A stretch of 64,000 nt of DNA. Source: Anaerolineae bacterium. GTDB lineage: Bacteria; Chloroflexota; Anaerolineae; UBA1429. Below are positions 1 through 9,725 of the stretch, in pieces (positions within the stretch are counted from its first letter, which is position 1; every line of letters begins with the position of its first letter). The notes under the pieces were generated by a model. That model saw only the letters and a list, made by a program, of their open reading frames with translations, was not told the origin of the DNA and did not search any database. The stretch covers positions 1,376,001 through 1,440,000 of the forward strand of contig OY776562.1 in assembly GCA_963675785.1 (NCBI GenBank), read 5' to 3'. The translations under genes were made by a program, and so were the position numbers.

Positions 1-462
1 CTGCATGTGGCCATGGTCGGCGACCTCAAGAACGGTCGAACCGTCCATTCGCTCACGCGCCTCCTTTCGATGTATGATACGCGCATCACCTTTGTCTCGC
101 CGCCCAGCCTGCGCGCCCCCGAGGGCCTCAAGCAAGAGCTGGACCAGGCCGGCATCGCCTACAGCGAAACCGAAGCCGTCGAGAACGTCATCGACGACGT
201 GGACGTGCTCTATGTCACCCGCGTGCAAAAAGAGCGCTTTGCCGATCTCGACCTGTACGAGCGAGTCAAGGATTATTACCGCATCACGCCCGAACTGATG
301 CAGCGCGCCAAGGAACACATGGCCCTGATGCACCCGCTGCCCCGTGTGGGCGAGATACCCTACGAGGTCGATGCCGACCCGCGAGCCGCTTATTTCCGCC
401 AGGTCGAGAACGGCATGTACGTGCGCATGGCCCTGTTGGCCGCCGTCCTCGGCAAAGCCTAA
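1..462 (+). CDS. pyrB: Aspartate carbamoyltransferase catalytic subunit, 5'-truncated by window edge
   Basis: Motifs [35 protein letters not shown]; frame open from base 1; first gene of a pyr cluster. Confidence 0.96.
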   Translation: MHVAMVGDLKNGRTVHSLTRLLSMYDTRITFVSPPSLRAPEGLKQELDQAGIAYSETEAVENVIDDVDVLYVTRVQKERFADLDLYERVKDYYRITPELMQRAKEHMALMHPLPRVGEIPYEVDADPRAAYFRQVENGMYVRMALLAAVLGKA

Positions 463-474
463 GGTGATACGCTC

Positions 475-1887
475 ATGATATCCTTTTGGGAAAAGCTAGA
501 GTTCTCTGCCGCCAAACGTAACAGCCTGCTCTGCGTGGGTCTCGATCCGCGCCCCGGTCAGGTGCCCGCTCGCTATGCCGATGTGGCCGAATTCATGCTG
601 GATATCATCGATAAAACCAGCGACCTGGCCGCCTGCTACAAACCCAACATCGCCTTTTTTGAGGCTATGGGCCCCCAGGGCATGGAGGTGCTGAAGCGCA
701 TCATTACGGCCCTGCCGCCCGATACGCCCCTGCTGCTGGACTGCAAGCGCGCCGACATCGCCTCTACCGGCGAAGCCTACGCCGTGGCCGCTTATGACGT
801 GCTGAACGTCGATGCGGTGACCGTGAACCCTTATCTGGGTGCCGATGGTGTGCGCCCGTTCTTGCGCCCCGATCGCGGCGTCTTTGTGCTCTGCCGCACT
901 TCCAACCCTTCCGCACCCGAACTGCAAAACTGGACCGCCAACGGTCAACCGCTCTACGAGCACGTGGCCGATCTGGCCGCCGAATGGGGCACCGCTTCCG
1001 GTGTCGAGGTGGGACTGGTCATCGGCGCCACTTATCCCGAAGAGCTGACTCGCATCCGCCGACGCCACGCCCAGCCCTGGTTCCTGGTGCCCGGCGTGGG
1101 TGCCCAAGGCGGCGACCTGCAAGCCGTATTGTCCGCTGGCCTGCGTGAGGATGGCCTTGGTCTGCTCATCAACTCTTCGCGGGGCATCATCTATGCCGAC
1201 GATCCCCGCGCTGCCGCCCAGACCCTGCGCGATCAGATCAACACCGAGCGTGCCGCCTACAAACCGGCTGCTGTACCCTGCCCCGTATCCATCGAGGAGC
1301 GCGAGCTAGCGCGCACCCTCTTTCAAGCGGGCTGCGTGCGCTTTGGCGATTTCACCCTGCACTCTGGCGCCCATTCGCCCGTCTATATCGACCTGCGCGT
1401 GCTGGTGAGTCATCCGGCGGCCCTGGCCGAGGCGGCCAGCGCTTATGCCCGTCTGCTTCGGCCTCTCAGCTATCAGCGGGTGGCCGGGCTGCCCTATGCC
1501 GCCTTGCCCATCGCCACCGCCGTCTGCCTGCAAACCGGCGATCCGCTCATCTATCCTCGCCGCGAGGTCAAGCAGTACGGCACCAAGCGCCAAATCGAGG
1601 GCGAGTTTAACGACGGCGAGACCGCCGTGGTGCTCGATGACCTCATCACCTCTGGCGGAAGCGTGCTCGAGGCCGCCGAACCGCTGCAAGGCGCCGGATT
1701 GCGCATCAGCGACGTGGTGGTGCTCATCGACCGCGAACAGGGCGGCGTAGCCAACTTGGCCGAACGGGGTTATACCGTCCATGCCGTCACCACCCTGACC
1801 CGCATCGTCGCGGCCTTGGAGTATGACCAGCTCATCTCGTCCGAACAGGCCGCTCGCGTTAGAGACTACCTGGAGGCCCGCCCCTGA
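475..1887 (+). CDS. pyrFE: Bifunctional OMP decarboxylase (N-term) / orotate phosphoribosyltransferase (C-term)
   Basis: PyrF motifs [29 protein letters not shown]; PyrE motifs [34 protein letters not shown]. Confidence 0.95.
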   Translation: MISFWEKLEFSAAKRNSLLCVGLDPRPGQVPARYADVAEFMLDIIDKTSDLAACYKPNIAFFEAMGPQGMEVLKRIITALPPDTPLLLDCKRADIASTGEAYAVAAYDVLNVDAVTVNPYLGADGVRPFLRPDRGVFVLCRTSNPSAPELQNWTANGQPLYEHVADLAAEWGTASGVEVGLVIGATYPEELTRIRRRHAQPWFLVPGVGAQGGDLQAVLSAGLREDGLGLLINSSRGIIYADDPRAAAQTLRDQINTERAAYKPAAVPCPVSIEERELARTLFQAGCVRFGDFTLHSGAHSPVYIDLRVLVSHPAALAEAASAYARLLRPLSYQRVAGLPYAALPIATAVCLQTGDPLIYPRREVKQYGTKRQIEGEFNDGETAVVLDDLITSGGSVLEAAEPLQGAGLRISDVVVLIDREQGGVANLAERGYTVHAVTTLTRIVAALEYDQLISSEQAARVRDYLEARP

Positions 1888-2843
1888 TGGATTCCCTCTC
1901 CGACATCGGCCACATTTACCACCCTGGCTTGTCCATTGACCTGGCTGGCGTGCACCTGACGAACCCCTTGGTGTTGGCTAGCGGCGTATGGGGCTGCGCC
2001 GCCGAAACCCTGGTGCGCATTGGGCGCCACGGCGCCGGTGCCGTCACCACCAAATCCTGCAGCCTGCAGCCGCGCACAGGGCATCCCAATCCCTCGGTAG
2101 TGCCCTGGGAGGGCGGTTTGATTAACGCTGTCGGTTTGGCCAACCCGGGAGCCGAACAAGAAGCGATCGAGATAGCTGACGCCCGCGAGGGGCTGGCCGC
2201 TTTGGGCGTGCCCCTCATTGCCAGCGTGTTTGGCGGCCGTCACCAAGAATACGCCCGCACCGCCGAGATTGTGGCCCGTGCCCACCCTGAGCTCATCGAG
2301 CTCAACATTAGCTGCCCCAACGTGGCCGACGAGTTCGGCCAGGCTTTCGCCTTCGACCCCCTCGCTGCCAGCGAGGTTACCGCTGCCGTCCGCGAGGTCT
2401 ATGCCGGGCCTCTGCTGGTCAAGCTGTCGCCCTCGGCACCCAACATCGTGCGCGTAGCCCAGGCCGTAGTGGCCGCCGGCGCCGACGGCCTCAATATAGG
2501 CAATACCCTGGGGCCGGGCATGTTGATCGACATCTACGCCCGTCGCCCCGTGCTCTCTAACAAAGTGGGCGGCATTTCCGGGCAGGCCATTCGCCCCATC
2601 GCCGTACGCTGTGTTTGGCAGGTTAGCCAGGCCGTGGATGTACCCATCATTGGCACAGGCGGCGTGTGCACCGGAGAAGACGCCCTAGAGATGGTCATGG
2701 CCGGAGCCACCGCCGTGGGCATCGGCAGCGTGCTGCAAGAAGGCCCGATCGCCGTAGAGCGCATCCTGGCCGAGATGACCGACCTGATGCGCCAGGAGAA
2801 CATCACCACCTTGGAGGAGATTCGGGGGTGTGCCCATGAGTAG
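1887..2843 (+). CDS. pyrD: Dihydroorotate dehydrogenase class 1B catalytic subunit
   Basis: NPLVLASG, TKS, NAVGLANPG, ELNISCPN, VKLSP, GGISG, IIGTGG; start overlaps the upstream stop. Confidence 0.95.
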   Translation: MDSLSDIGHIYHPGLSIDLAGVHLTNPLVLASGVWGCAAETLVRIGRHGAGAVTTKSCSLQPRTGHPNPSVVPWEGGLINAVGLANPGAEQEAIEIADAREGLAALGVPLIASVFGGRHQEYARTAEIVARAHPELIELNISCPNVADEFGQAFAFDPLAASEVTAAVREVYAGPLLVKLSPSAPNIVRVAQAVVAAGADGLNIGNTLGPGMLIDIYARRPVLSNKVGGISGQAIRPIAVRCVWQVSQAVDVPIIGTGGVCTGEDALEMVMAGATAVGIGSVLQEGPIAVERILAEMTDLMRQENITTLEEIRGCAHE

Positions 2844-3570
2844 CTACTATGCCATGCGCATTCGGCGACGCATAGCCGAGCACAAGGCTGGCGTTACCCT
2901 AGTGTTCGATGGCGAACTGCCCGCCGAGCCAGGCCAGTTCGTGCTCGCCTGGCTGCCGGGGGTCGAAGAACGCCCCCTGGCCGTGGTCAGCAGCGCCCCC
3001 TTTGCCCTCACCATCGCCGCCGTTGGGCCCTTTACCGAGGCCGTTTGCGCCCTGCAGCCCGGCCAGCGACTCTGGATTCGCGGTCCCTATGGACACGGCT
3101 TTGAGCCCGAGGGCACCCGCCATCTGTTGGTGGGCGGAGGCTGCGGCACCGCTTCTCTTACTCTGTTGGCCGCCCGTCTGCTGCGTCAGGGCGACCGCGT
3201 GATCGCCGCCATCGGTGCTCGCAGCGCCAGCCAGCTCATGCTCGATGTCGCCTTTTCGCACATGGATGTGGACCTGCTGGTAGCCACCGACGATGGCAGC
3301 GCCGGCTCCAAAGGCACCGTCCTCGATGCCGCCGGCCCCCTCATCGACGCTTGCTGGCCTCACGCCGTATATGCTTGCGGCCCAGAACGCATGTTACAGG
3401 CCGTGGCACTCCGCTGCCGAGAGGCGGGCGTAGCCTGTCAGCTCAGCTTGGAGCGCACCATGCGCTGCGGCATTGGGGTTTGCGGACAATGCAACTGCGG
3501 CGGTAAGCTCGTCTGCGCCGACGGCCCCGTCTTTGACGGCTTGACCTATCTGGAATCGCTGCTGGATTAG
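2836..3570 (+). CDS. pyrK: Dihydroorotate dehydrogenase electron transfer subunit
   Basis: PGQF, ERP, RGPYGHGF, GGGCG, YACGP and 2Fe-2S motif CGIGVCGQC..C..GPVF; ATG at 2836 overlaps pyrD end. Confidence 0.94.
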   Translation: MSSYYAMRIRRRIAEHKAGVTLVFDGELPAEPGQFVLAWLPGVEERPLAVVSSAPFALTIAAVGPFTEAVCALQPGQRLWIRGPYGHGFEPEGTRHLLVGGGCGTASLTLLAARLLRQGDRVIAAIGARSASQLMLDVAFSHMDVDLLVATDDGSAGSKGTVLDAAGPLIDACWPHAVYACGPERMLQAVALRCREAGVACQLSLERTMRCGIGVCGQCNCGGKLVCADGPVFDGLTYLESLLD

Positions 3571-3582
3571 GTGTGGATGCGC

Positions 3583-3620
3583 AAGAGCCGCGAGGGAGTA
3601 CCGTACCCTCGCGGCTCTTT
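3583..3620 (+). terminator. Probable intrinsic terminator after pyr operon
   Basis: 14-bp stem aagagccgcgaggg / ccctcgcggctctt followed by short T run. Confidence 0.6.
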
Positions 3621-3718
3621 GTATAGTCCGTCAATCTCCCTCGCGTTACCCCTTGCCACAACCGCCCTCACTGAGGCATAATATACTGGTAACTACAAAA
3701 CACCCTGAGGAGCAGCCC

Positions 3719-6700
3719 TTGACCGCCCTATCCGATTACTGCCAGTCCATCAATGCCGCACTTGTCACCGGCGATGCCACCGAGCACACCCATCGGTCTG
3801 CCTTACAAGACCTGGTGAAAAACCTTGCTCCTGGCCTGACCGTGCTCAACGAGCCGCGCCATATCGCCTGTGGTGCGCCTGACTTGGTAGTCCGTCGAGG
3901 AAACACCCCTGTCGGCTATATCGAGACCAAAGACATCGGCCAAGACCTGTCCCGTACCGAGCGCTCAGAACAGCTCAAACGCTATCGTGAAGCCCTGCAC
4001 AACCTCATCCTTACGGATTATGTCGAGTTTCGCCTCTATCGCGGCGGAGAGCTGGCCGCCAGCGCCAGTCTGGGCTCTCTCGACAGCGGCAATCGCCTGC
4101 ATCGCACCCGTGACGGTGAATCCGCAGTAATGGCGCTCTTTCAACAGTTCTTGGCTGCCAAAGCGCCAACCCTGGGCAACGCCAAAGAACTCGCCGAGCA
4201 CATGGCCGCCCTCACCCGCTTGCTTTGCGCTACCATCCTCAAGGCCTATGAGGACGAGGAACACGATCCGAACATTGAGCAGCATTTCCATCATGAGATG
4301 GCCATCTTTCGGCGCGTGCTCATCCACGATCTCAAACCAGAGACCTTTGCCGATATGTATGCCCAAACCATCAGCTACGGCCTGTTCGCCGCCCGCTGTG
4401 CCCACCATGCCGGCACACCCTTTGATCGTCAGAGCGCCATCTTTGACCTGCCCGGCACCAATCCGCTCTTGCGCTCTCTGTTCGGCCGCATGGCTGGCCC
4501 CGAGATCGACCCGCGCATCGAGTGGGCCGTGAACGACCTGGCCGCTTTGCTCGACCGCGCTCGTATGGCCGAGATCCTGCGCGATTTTGGCCAGCGCAGC
4601 CAGCGTGAAGACCCTGTTGTTCATTTCTACGAGACCTTTTTGGCCGCTTATAATCCCAAGCTGCGCGAACAACGCGGTGTCTATTACACGCCCGAGCCCG
4701 TGGTGGGCTATATCGTCCGCTCGGTGCACGCCTTGCTCAAGGGTGAATTCGGCCTGCCCATGGGCCTGGCCGATACGGACACCACCACCTATGCCAACAC
4801 CAACCCCACCGTGCAAACGGCCGCCGGCAAGCCGCGCAAGCGTGTCGAGAGCCCCCGCGTGCTGGTGTTGGACCCCGCCTGTGGCACGGGCACCTTTTTG
4901 CATGCCGTGGTGGACGAGATTCAGGACGAACTGCGCTCCCAGGGCTTGGCTGGTGCCTGGCCCGCTTATGTGGCCGACCATCTGCTGCCCCGCCTCTTTG
5001 GTTTTGAGCTGCTCATGGCCCCCTACACTGTGGCTCACCTCAAGCTGGGCTTACAACTGGCCGAGAGCGGTTATGATGTGCAAGATGCCCATAGCCGTCT
5101 CAACGTCTATCTGACCAACACCCTGGAGCAGCCCGGCGATATGGAGGTATTGCCCCTCTACGGCCAGGCCCTGGCTGCTGAGAGCCGTGAGGCCGCCGGC
5201 GTCAAGAGCGACCTGCCCATTATGGTGGTGCTGGGCAACCCGCCTTATTCCGGCAACTCGGCTAACGCCAGCTATCGCGAGGTAGACGGCAAACGCCAGT
5301 TCACCCCCATCGGCAAACTGGTACATGACTATTATTACGTCGATGGCCACCCTCTGGGCGAGCGCAACCCTAAATATCTCCAGGATGACTACGTCAAATT
5401 CATCCGCTGGGCCGAGGATCGCGTTGAACGCACGGGGGCGGGTGTGGTGGCCTATATCACCAACCACGGCTACTTGGATAACCCCACCTTTCGCGGTATG
5501 CGCCAGCACCTGATGAGCACCTTTGACGAGCTCTACCTGTTGGACCTGCACGGTAGTAGCAAGCGCCAGGAAAAAGCGCCCGATGGTGGTGTCGATGAGA
5601 ACGTCTTTGATATCATGCCGGGCGTGACTATCGCCCTGATGGTGCGCCGCTCCGGCCCTCACAGTGTAGCCTGTGCCGTTTATCACGCCGATCTCTACGG
5701 CCAGCGCCAGGACAAGTACGCCTGGCTCAATGCCCACGATAAAAACGATACCCCCTGGGAACGACTCATGCCCCAAAGTCCTTTTTATCGCTTTGTGTCA
5801 GTAGGGCACTCAGCGAGTGAGTACGAAGCTCTGCCCTCGACCACAGAACTCTTCGGCGTCTCTGTGAATGGTTTCAAGACCCATCGCGACGATTTCGCCA
5901 TTGCCTTCCAACGAAGTGATATCGAGGGGCGTATCCGCGATCTGCGCGATGAGCGCCTCAGCGATGAGGCCCTACGCACTCGCTACAAACTGGGCACGCG
6001 TTATGATTTGCGTTCCGCTCGCAAAGCTATCGAAGCAAATCCTGTCTGGGAGCGGGCCGTCATGTGCTGTGCTTATCGGCCTTTCGATGAACGCTGGTGC
6101 TATTACTCTTCGACCGTGATGGATCGCCCCCGCCGCGAGTTGTTCGATCATGTGGTCGGACAGCGGAATTTCTGCCTTTCGATCTCACGACAGCAGGCTA
6201 CTGTAGGTTTTTGCCATGCTATCATATCAGTTGCACCGCCCAATGATTGTCTTATCTCGAATGTCTCCCGTGAAGCCGGCCATGCCTTTCCCCTCTACCT
6301 CTACCCGCAATCGGACATGCTTCCCGGTTTAGAGCAGCCGACCGCGGCCCCTGGCGGGCGGCGCCCCAACCTGGATGAAAAGCTCATCGCCCGCCTCTCT
6401 CGCGGCCTGGGTCTATCCTTTGTACCCGATGGCCACGGCGACTTGCAGGCCACCTACGGTCCCGAGGATATGCTGCACTACATCTATGCCCTGCTCTATG
6501 CCCCTGGCTACCGTGCCCGCTATGCCGATCAGCTCAAGATCGACTTTCCGCGCATTCCCTTTACCGCCAACGTCGCTCTCTTCCGCACCTTGTGTGGCTT
6601 TGGGGATGAACTCTGCGCTTTGCACCTGCTGGATTCACCCGCCCTGGATACGCTGCGCACTCGCTATCCCTCTAGCGACGGCGACAACTTGGTAGACAAG

Positions 6701-6967
6701 CCGCGCTACCTTCCCGAAGAAGACGGCGGCAAGGTGCACATCAACAAAAAGCAGTACTTTGAGGGTATCACCGAGGAAGCCTGGAGCTTTTACATCGGCG
6801 GTTACCAGCCCCTGCAAAAGTGGCTCAAAGACCGCCAGGGCCGTAACCTCGATTACGACGACATCTTGCATTATCAGCACATCGTGGTCGCCCTTGAGGA
6901 GACCATGCGCCTCATGGCCGAAATCGACGAGGCCATTGAAGATGCTGGCGGCTGGCCGCTGAAATAA
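3719..6967 (+). CDS. Type IIG / type ISP-like single-chain restriction-modification enzyme (nuclease + N6-adenine MTase + specificity domain)
   Basis: N-terminal PD..GYIETK nuclease-like motif, GVYYTP, motif I LDPACGTGTF, motif IV GNPPY, C-terminal YRPFD / DFPRIP / IGGYQPLQKWLKDR; TTG start at 3719 behind GAGGAG. Confidence 0.88.
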   Translation: MTALSDYCQSINAALVTGDATEHTHRSALQDLVKNLAPGLTVLNEPRHIACGAPDLVVRRGNTPVGYIETKDIGQDLSRTERSEQLKRYREALHNLILTDYVEFRLYRGGELAASASLGSLDSGNRLHRTRDGESAVMALFQQFLAAKAPTLGNAKELAEHMAALTRLLCATILKAYEDEEHDPNIEQHFHHEMAIFRRVLIHDLKPETFADMYAQTISYGLFAARCAHHAGTPFDRQSAIFDLPGTNPLLRSLFGRMAGPEIDPRIEWAVNDLAALLDRARMAEILRDFGQRSQREDPVVHFYETFLAAYNPKLREQRGVYYTPEPVVGYIVRSVHALLKGEFGLPMGLADTDTTTYANTNPTVQTAAGKPRKRVESPRVLVLDPACGTGTFLHAVVDEIQDELRSQGLAGAWPAYVADHLLPRLFGFELLMAPYTVAHLKLGLQLAESGYDVQDAHSRLNVYLTNTLEQPGDMEVLPLYGQALAAESREAAGVKSDLPIMVVLGNPPYSGNSANASYREVDGKRQFTPIGKLVHDYYYVDGHPLGERNPKYLQDDYVKFIRWAEDRVERTGAGVVAYITNHGYLDNPTFRGMRQHLMSTFDELYLLDLHGSSKRQEKAPDGGVDENVFDIMPGVTIALMVRRSGPHSVACAVYHADLYGQRQDKYAWLNAHDKNDTPWERLMPQSPFYRFVSVGHSASEYEALPSTTELFGVSVNGFKTHRDDFAIAFQRSDIEGRIRDLRDERLSDEALRTRYKLGTRYDLRSARKAIEANPVWERAVMCCAYRPFDERWCYYSSTVMDRPRRELFDHVVGQRNFCLSISRQQATVGFCHAIISVAPPNDCLISNVSREAGHAFPLYLYPQSDMLPGLEQPTAAPGGRRPNLDEKLIARLSRGLGLSFVPDGHGDLQATYGPEDMLHYIYALLYAPGYRARYADQLKIDFPRIPFTANVALFRTLCGFGDELCALHLLDSPALDTLRTRYPSSDGDNLVDKPRYLPEEDGGKVHINKKQYFEGITEEAWSFYIGGYQPLQKWLKDRQGRNLDYDDILHYQHIVVALEETMRLMAEIDEAIEDAGGWPLK

Positions 6968-7014
6968 GGGTAACATGAATTGCTACCAACAGACATTCTG
7001 TAGAGGGAGATAAC

Positions 7015-8673
7015 ATGGATAGAACGATACCCACAGAAGAGTCGATGACCGTTGAATTTAAAAGTGACCGTAATCGCCTGTCTGACCGAGATCTGATAGC
7101 GGCTGTCGTGTGCCTAACCAACACAGAAGGTGGCGATCTATACCTTGGCGTAGAAGCAGATGGCGAGATAACGGGGCTTAATCCTGCCCATCGCGATTTC
7201 TCTGGCCTTGCAGCGCTTATTGCCAATCACACCAGCCCCCCTTTAAGCGTGCGGGTACAGGCCATCGAGGAAAGTGGAAAAATCGTTGGGCACATTCATG
7301 TGCCGCACTCGCAGCGTATTGTAGCTACCTCAGAAGGCCTGGTTCAGAGGCGAAGGCTGCAAATGGACGGAACACCTCAATGTGTGCCTTTCTTGCCGCA
7401 TGAATGGGTCAGTCGACAAGCAGACTTGGGTACCCTGGATTACACAGCCATGCCTATTGAGGACGCAACCCCAGATGATCTTGATCCATTGGAGCGAATT
7501 CGTCTCAGGCAGATGATAGAGCGGTATGGTGGAGATCGATCATTGCTATCTCTCGATGATGAGCAATTGGACAAAGCGCTGGGCCTGATTCAAAGCACAA
7601 ATGGTCACTATAACGTTACTGTTGCTGGACTATTGCTCATTGGTCAAGAGGTTGCTCTGCGCCGCTATATCCCCACCCACGAAGTAGCCTTCCAAGTATT
7701 GGATGGCACAAAAGTGCGCGTCAATGAGTTTAGCCACAGTTCTCTTCTTAAGGGTTTTGATCGTATCATGACGCAATTCTTAGCGCGCATTGAAGAAGAA
7801 GAAATTCAGGTAGGCCTATTTCGTGTGCCAATTCCTACTTTTGACCAACGGTCCTTTCGTGAAGCCCTAGTCAATGCCCTTACCCATCGCGACTATACGC
7901 GCCTTGGCCCAGTTTATGTGCGTTGGACGGATCAAGAACTGGTGATTAGCAACCCCGGTGGCTTTGTGGAAGGGGTAACCTTGGATAATCTGTTAGTCGT
8001 TGAGCCAAAACCGCGGAACCCCATTTTGGCAGATGCCATCAAACGTATAGGTTTAGCAGAGCGTACAGGGCGCGGCGTTGACTTGATCTACGAAGGCATG
8101 CTGCGATATGGTCGACCAGCACCCGATTATTCCTATTCTGATTCAACAACAGTTTCGGTACATCTAACCAGTACCGCCGCCGATATTCCCTTTCTCAAAA
8201 TGATCTTACAGGAAGAACAACGTCTAGGGACCAGAATTCCTGTGCAATCCCTGATCCTATTGGCTCAGTTGCGAGAAGAACGAAGACTCGATGTAGTCAG
8301 GGCAGCAGCAGCCATTCAAAAGAATGAGGCGGCAACGCGCAGTGTTTTGGAACGGTTAGTAGAAAGCGGTCTTGTTGAAGCCCATGGAGCTACCAAGGGG
8401 CGCAGTTATACGCTCAGTTCTGCAGTCTACCAACGCATGGGGAAGACCAGTGATTATGTTCGACAAGTAGGCTTTGATCGTATCCAACAAGAACAGATGG
8501 TGATCAATCTAGTAAAAACAAAGGGTATAGCCAGGCGCCGCGATGTCATCGACTTGTGCAAAATTACTCCTCAACAGGCATCGCATCTGCTCAGGGGAAT
8601 GACTGAAAAAGGTCTTTTGCGCAAGTCTGGAACGCGCAAAGGGACATTTTATGAATCAGGCCCCAATATATGA
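7015..8673 (+). CDS. AlbA_2 (Schlafen-like) + HATPase_c_4 (RecG C-term-like) + wHTH protein
   Basis: EFK..AVVCLTNTEGGDLYLGVEADG, REALVNALTHRDY, ISNPGG, PRNPILA, ERTGRGVD, two C-terminal wHTH-like segments; lower GC than flanks. Confidence 0.88.
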   Translation: MDRTIPTEESMTVEFKSDRNRLSDRDLIAAVVCLTNTEGGDLYLGVEADGEITGLNPAHRDFSGLAALIANHTSPPLSVRVQAIEESGKIVGHIHVPHSQRIVATSEGLVQRRRLQMDGTPQCVPFLPHEWVSRQADLGTLDYTAMPIEDATPDDLDPLERIRLRQMIERYGGDRSLLSLDDEQLDKALGLIQSTNGHYNVTVAGLLLIGQEVALRRYIPTHEVAFQVLDGTKVRVNEFSHSSLLKGFDRIMTQFLARIEEEEIQVGLFRVPIPTFDQRSFREALVNALTHRDYTRLGPVYVRWTDQELVISNPGGFVEGVTLDNLLVVEPKPRNPILADAIKRIGLAERTGRGVDLIYEGMLRYGRPAPDYSYSDSTTVSVHLTSTAADIPFLKMILQEEQRLGTRIPVQSLILLAQLREERRLDVVRAAAAIQKNEAATRSVLERLVESGLVEAHGATKGRSYTLSSAVYQRMGKTSDYVRQVGFDRIQQEQMVINLVKTKGIARRRDVIDLCKITPQQASHLLRGMTEKGLLRKSGTRKGTFYESGPNI

Positions 8674-8848
8674 ATACATTCATAAAATATATAAATATGT
8701 TCATATATTTGGACACTATTCAATATATAAATCTGTCATCCTCTACAGTTAGTCTATCTCTATAGTTCTGACTTTCACCCACTCTAGAAATAGACTGTTC
8801 GTCTTTTGCCCTAAAGGAACCGTGTGGGGTCGCCTCCCTCTCACCCCC

Positions 8849-9637
8849 TCACTCCTCCGGCACATACACAAACTGACTCGCCGCATACAGCTCATTCAAC
8901 CAGGCAACCACCTCCGCCTCTGGCGGGGCGCCGGCCACATCGCCGGTGACCTCTATCATCTCCGGCGGCTCTGCCCCGGTAAAGCTGGTACAGCCCGTCA
9001 CCGTTCGGCTCTCCACATCGATCAGCCACACCTTCCAGGTTACTCGCAGGGCATCACCCGTCTTGAAAAGCCCCAACAAGCGGGGCTTGTAGGTTCCCAC
9101 CACCGCCGTCTCTTCCTGAATCCACACCAGCGTCGCGGCCTCATCGAACTGCTGAGCTGTTCCCTCCGTTACGAGCCCGTCCAGGGTTGAGATCACTGGC
9201 CCGTCATCCCCCGCAAAAGCTACCAGCATCTTGCCTGTGCAGGTATTGTTCATACAGCTATCCGGAAGCGCTACTGCTGCCATCACCTCGGTCACGCGCT
9301 GCGCCTCGGCCGTCTCTGCCTGAGTTACTACCGCTTTCTGCGCCGCCACCTCAGCCCGATAGCCGGGGCACACCAGCGTATAGGCCCCCAACAAGCTGAT
9401 CACCACACCCACCGCCGCCACACTGAGTGCGAATCCCCGCAGCACCTCTCCCAATCGAGACGACGTAACTAAAATACCAAAGAGCAGTACCGCTCCCGCG
9501 CCCGTGCCGATGTACAGGAACACATTAAAAGTGCCCCGCGCGGCGGAATGCCAGGCACACACGTCAAGCAACACGACGATGATCGCCAACAGGATGTAAA
9601 CCCACAGTCTACGCGTGTTCCGTTCAGACCGCATCAT
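8849..9637 (-). CDS. Hypothetical membrane protein (three N-terminal TM helices)
   Basis: 262-aa ORF with hydrophobic segments and purine-rich RBS; no family recognised. Confidence 0.7.
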   Translation of the reverse strand: MMRSERNTRRLWVYILLAIIVVLLDVCAWHSAARGTFNVFLYIGTGAGAVLLFGILVTSSRLGEVLRGFALSVAAVGVVISLLGAYTLVCPGYRAEVAAQKAVVTQAETAEAQRVTEVMAAVALPDSCMNNTCTGKMLVAFAGDDGPVISTLDGLVTEGTAQQFDEAATLVWIQEETAVVGTYKPRLLGLFKTGDALRVTWKVWLIDVESRTVTGCTSFTGAEPPEMIEVTGDVAGAPPEAEVVAWLNELYAASQFVYVPEE

Positions 9638-9725
9638 CTTTTTCCCTTTTCACCGTGGCGCTACCCCCACAAGCCCCCGCCGAACGCACGAGTCCCCTTA
9701 CCACGAAAAACATTATGTCTACTTT

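Noticed and set aside
3965-5776. Long minus-strand ORFs (357 and 241 aa)
   Set aside because: Antisense shadows of the R-M gene
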